A DNA stretch of 64,000 nt, from IMG/VR virus record IMGVR_UViG_3300049893_002799, positions 17,273-81,272 of that record. One strand, 5' to 3'. The position numbers were made by a program, and so were the translations under genes. The notes beneath the pieces are model-generated. The model saw nothing but the letters and a program-made list of their open reading frames with translations, was not told the origin of the DNA and searched no databases. The DNA comes from a virus. This document shows positions 63,764-64,000 of the stretch, in pieces; position 1 is the first letter of the stretch; the number at the start of each line of letters is the position of its first letter.

Positions 63764-64000
63764 AAACCCACCTCTTCTGTATAGGTATATGATACCACAC
63801 TCCATTACCGACACTGCTACGCCGACCCAGCCGCCCCTACCGATACGATATAAGTCCAGTACAAGCGTGTAAACCCCAGCATACAAGGAATATCCTATGG
63901 AACCGAAGTATACCGACAAGTCTTACGTCTACGTTATTCTCCTAAACCGAGTATCCCGAGTATGGGTAGATCACCAGTCCATCATTGACATCCTAAAGGC

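Larger units (their letters stand above)
61717..63823 (+). repeat. dispersed 14-bp direct repeat GACACTGCTACGCC (4 exact copies)
   Basis: 61717-61730, 62551-62564, 63342-63355, 63810-63823; all lie between my called genes. Confidence 0.85.

Noticed and set aside
60621-63848. CRISPR array
   Set aside because: Repeats are 11-14 nt, degenerate or separated by whole genes; no cas genes in the window.
1-64000. Genome-wide TAG reassignment (code 15)
   Set aside because: Long genes are uninterrupted in code 11. Most TAG-ending genes checked (3727, 24939, 31267, 59006) reach TAA/TGA within a few codons on readthrough.

Overview
This 64 kb window is part of a large lytic myovirus (jumbo-like) genome in standard genetic code, with no host DNA, integrase or CRISPR. 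1-8.4 kb: accessory and replication genes (sigma70-like factor lacking the region 4.2 HTH, metallophosphoesterase, tRNA with CUA amber anticodon, PTH2-like hydrolase, GH24 endolysin, SF2 helicase) plus a divergent helicase-primase operon. 8.5-58.6 kb, minus strand: contractile-tail morphogenesis cluster (neck, Nudix-fusion protein, sheath, three tube-like paralogs, tail chaperone with -1 frameshift, tape measure, hub, spike, LysM-gp25, 2516-aa baseplate J, about 14 fibre/receptor-binding genes including three mosaic paralogs). 58.7-64 kb: early/host-takeover-like region of microproteins and repeated regulatory motifs. Most notable: (1) a candidate amber-readthrough-sensing translational switch, a leader with three in-frame TAGs and an anti-SD hairpin upstream of the operon encoding the PTH2-like protein and the amber tRNA; (2) a type II hammerhead ribozyme at 61379-61433; (3) a truncated sigma paired with -10-only promoters; (4) a family of 7-8 LLxxLGV microproteins; (5) two repeated motifs, AACCGAnnCGA and hairpin+GACACTGCTACGCC. 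All protein calls rest on motif recognition and synteny by eye; no database search was run.
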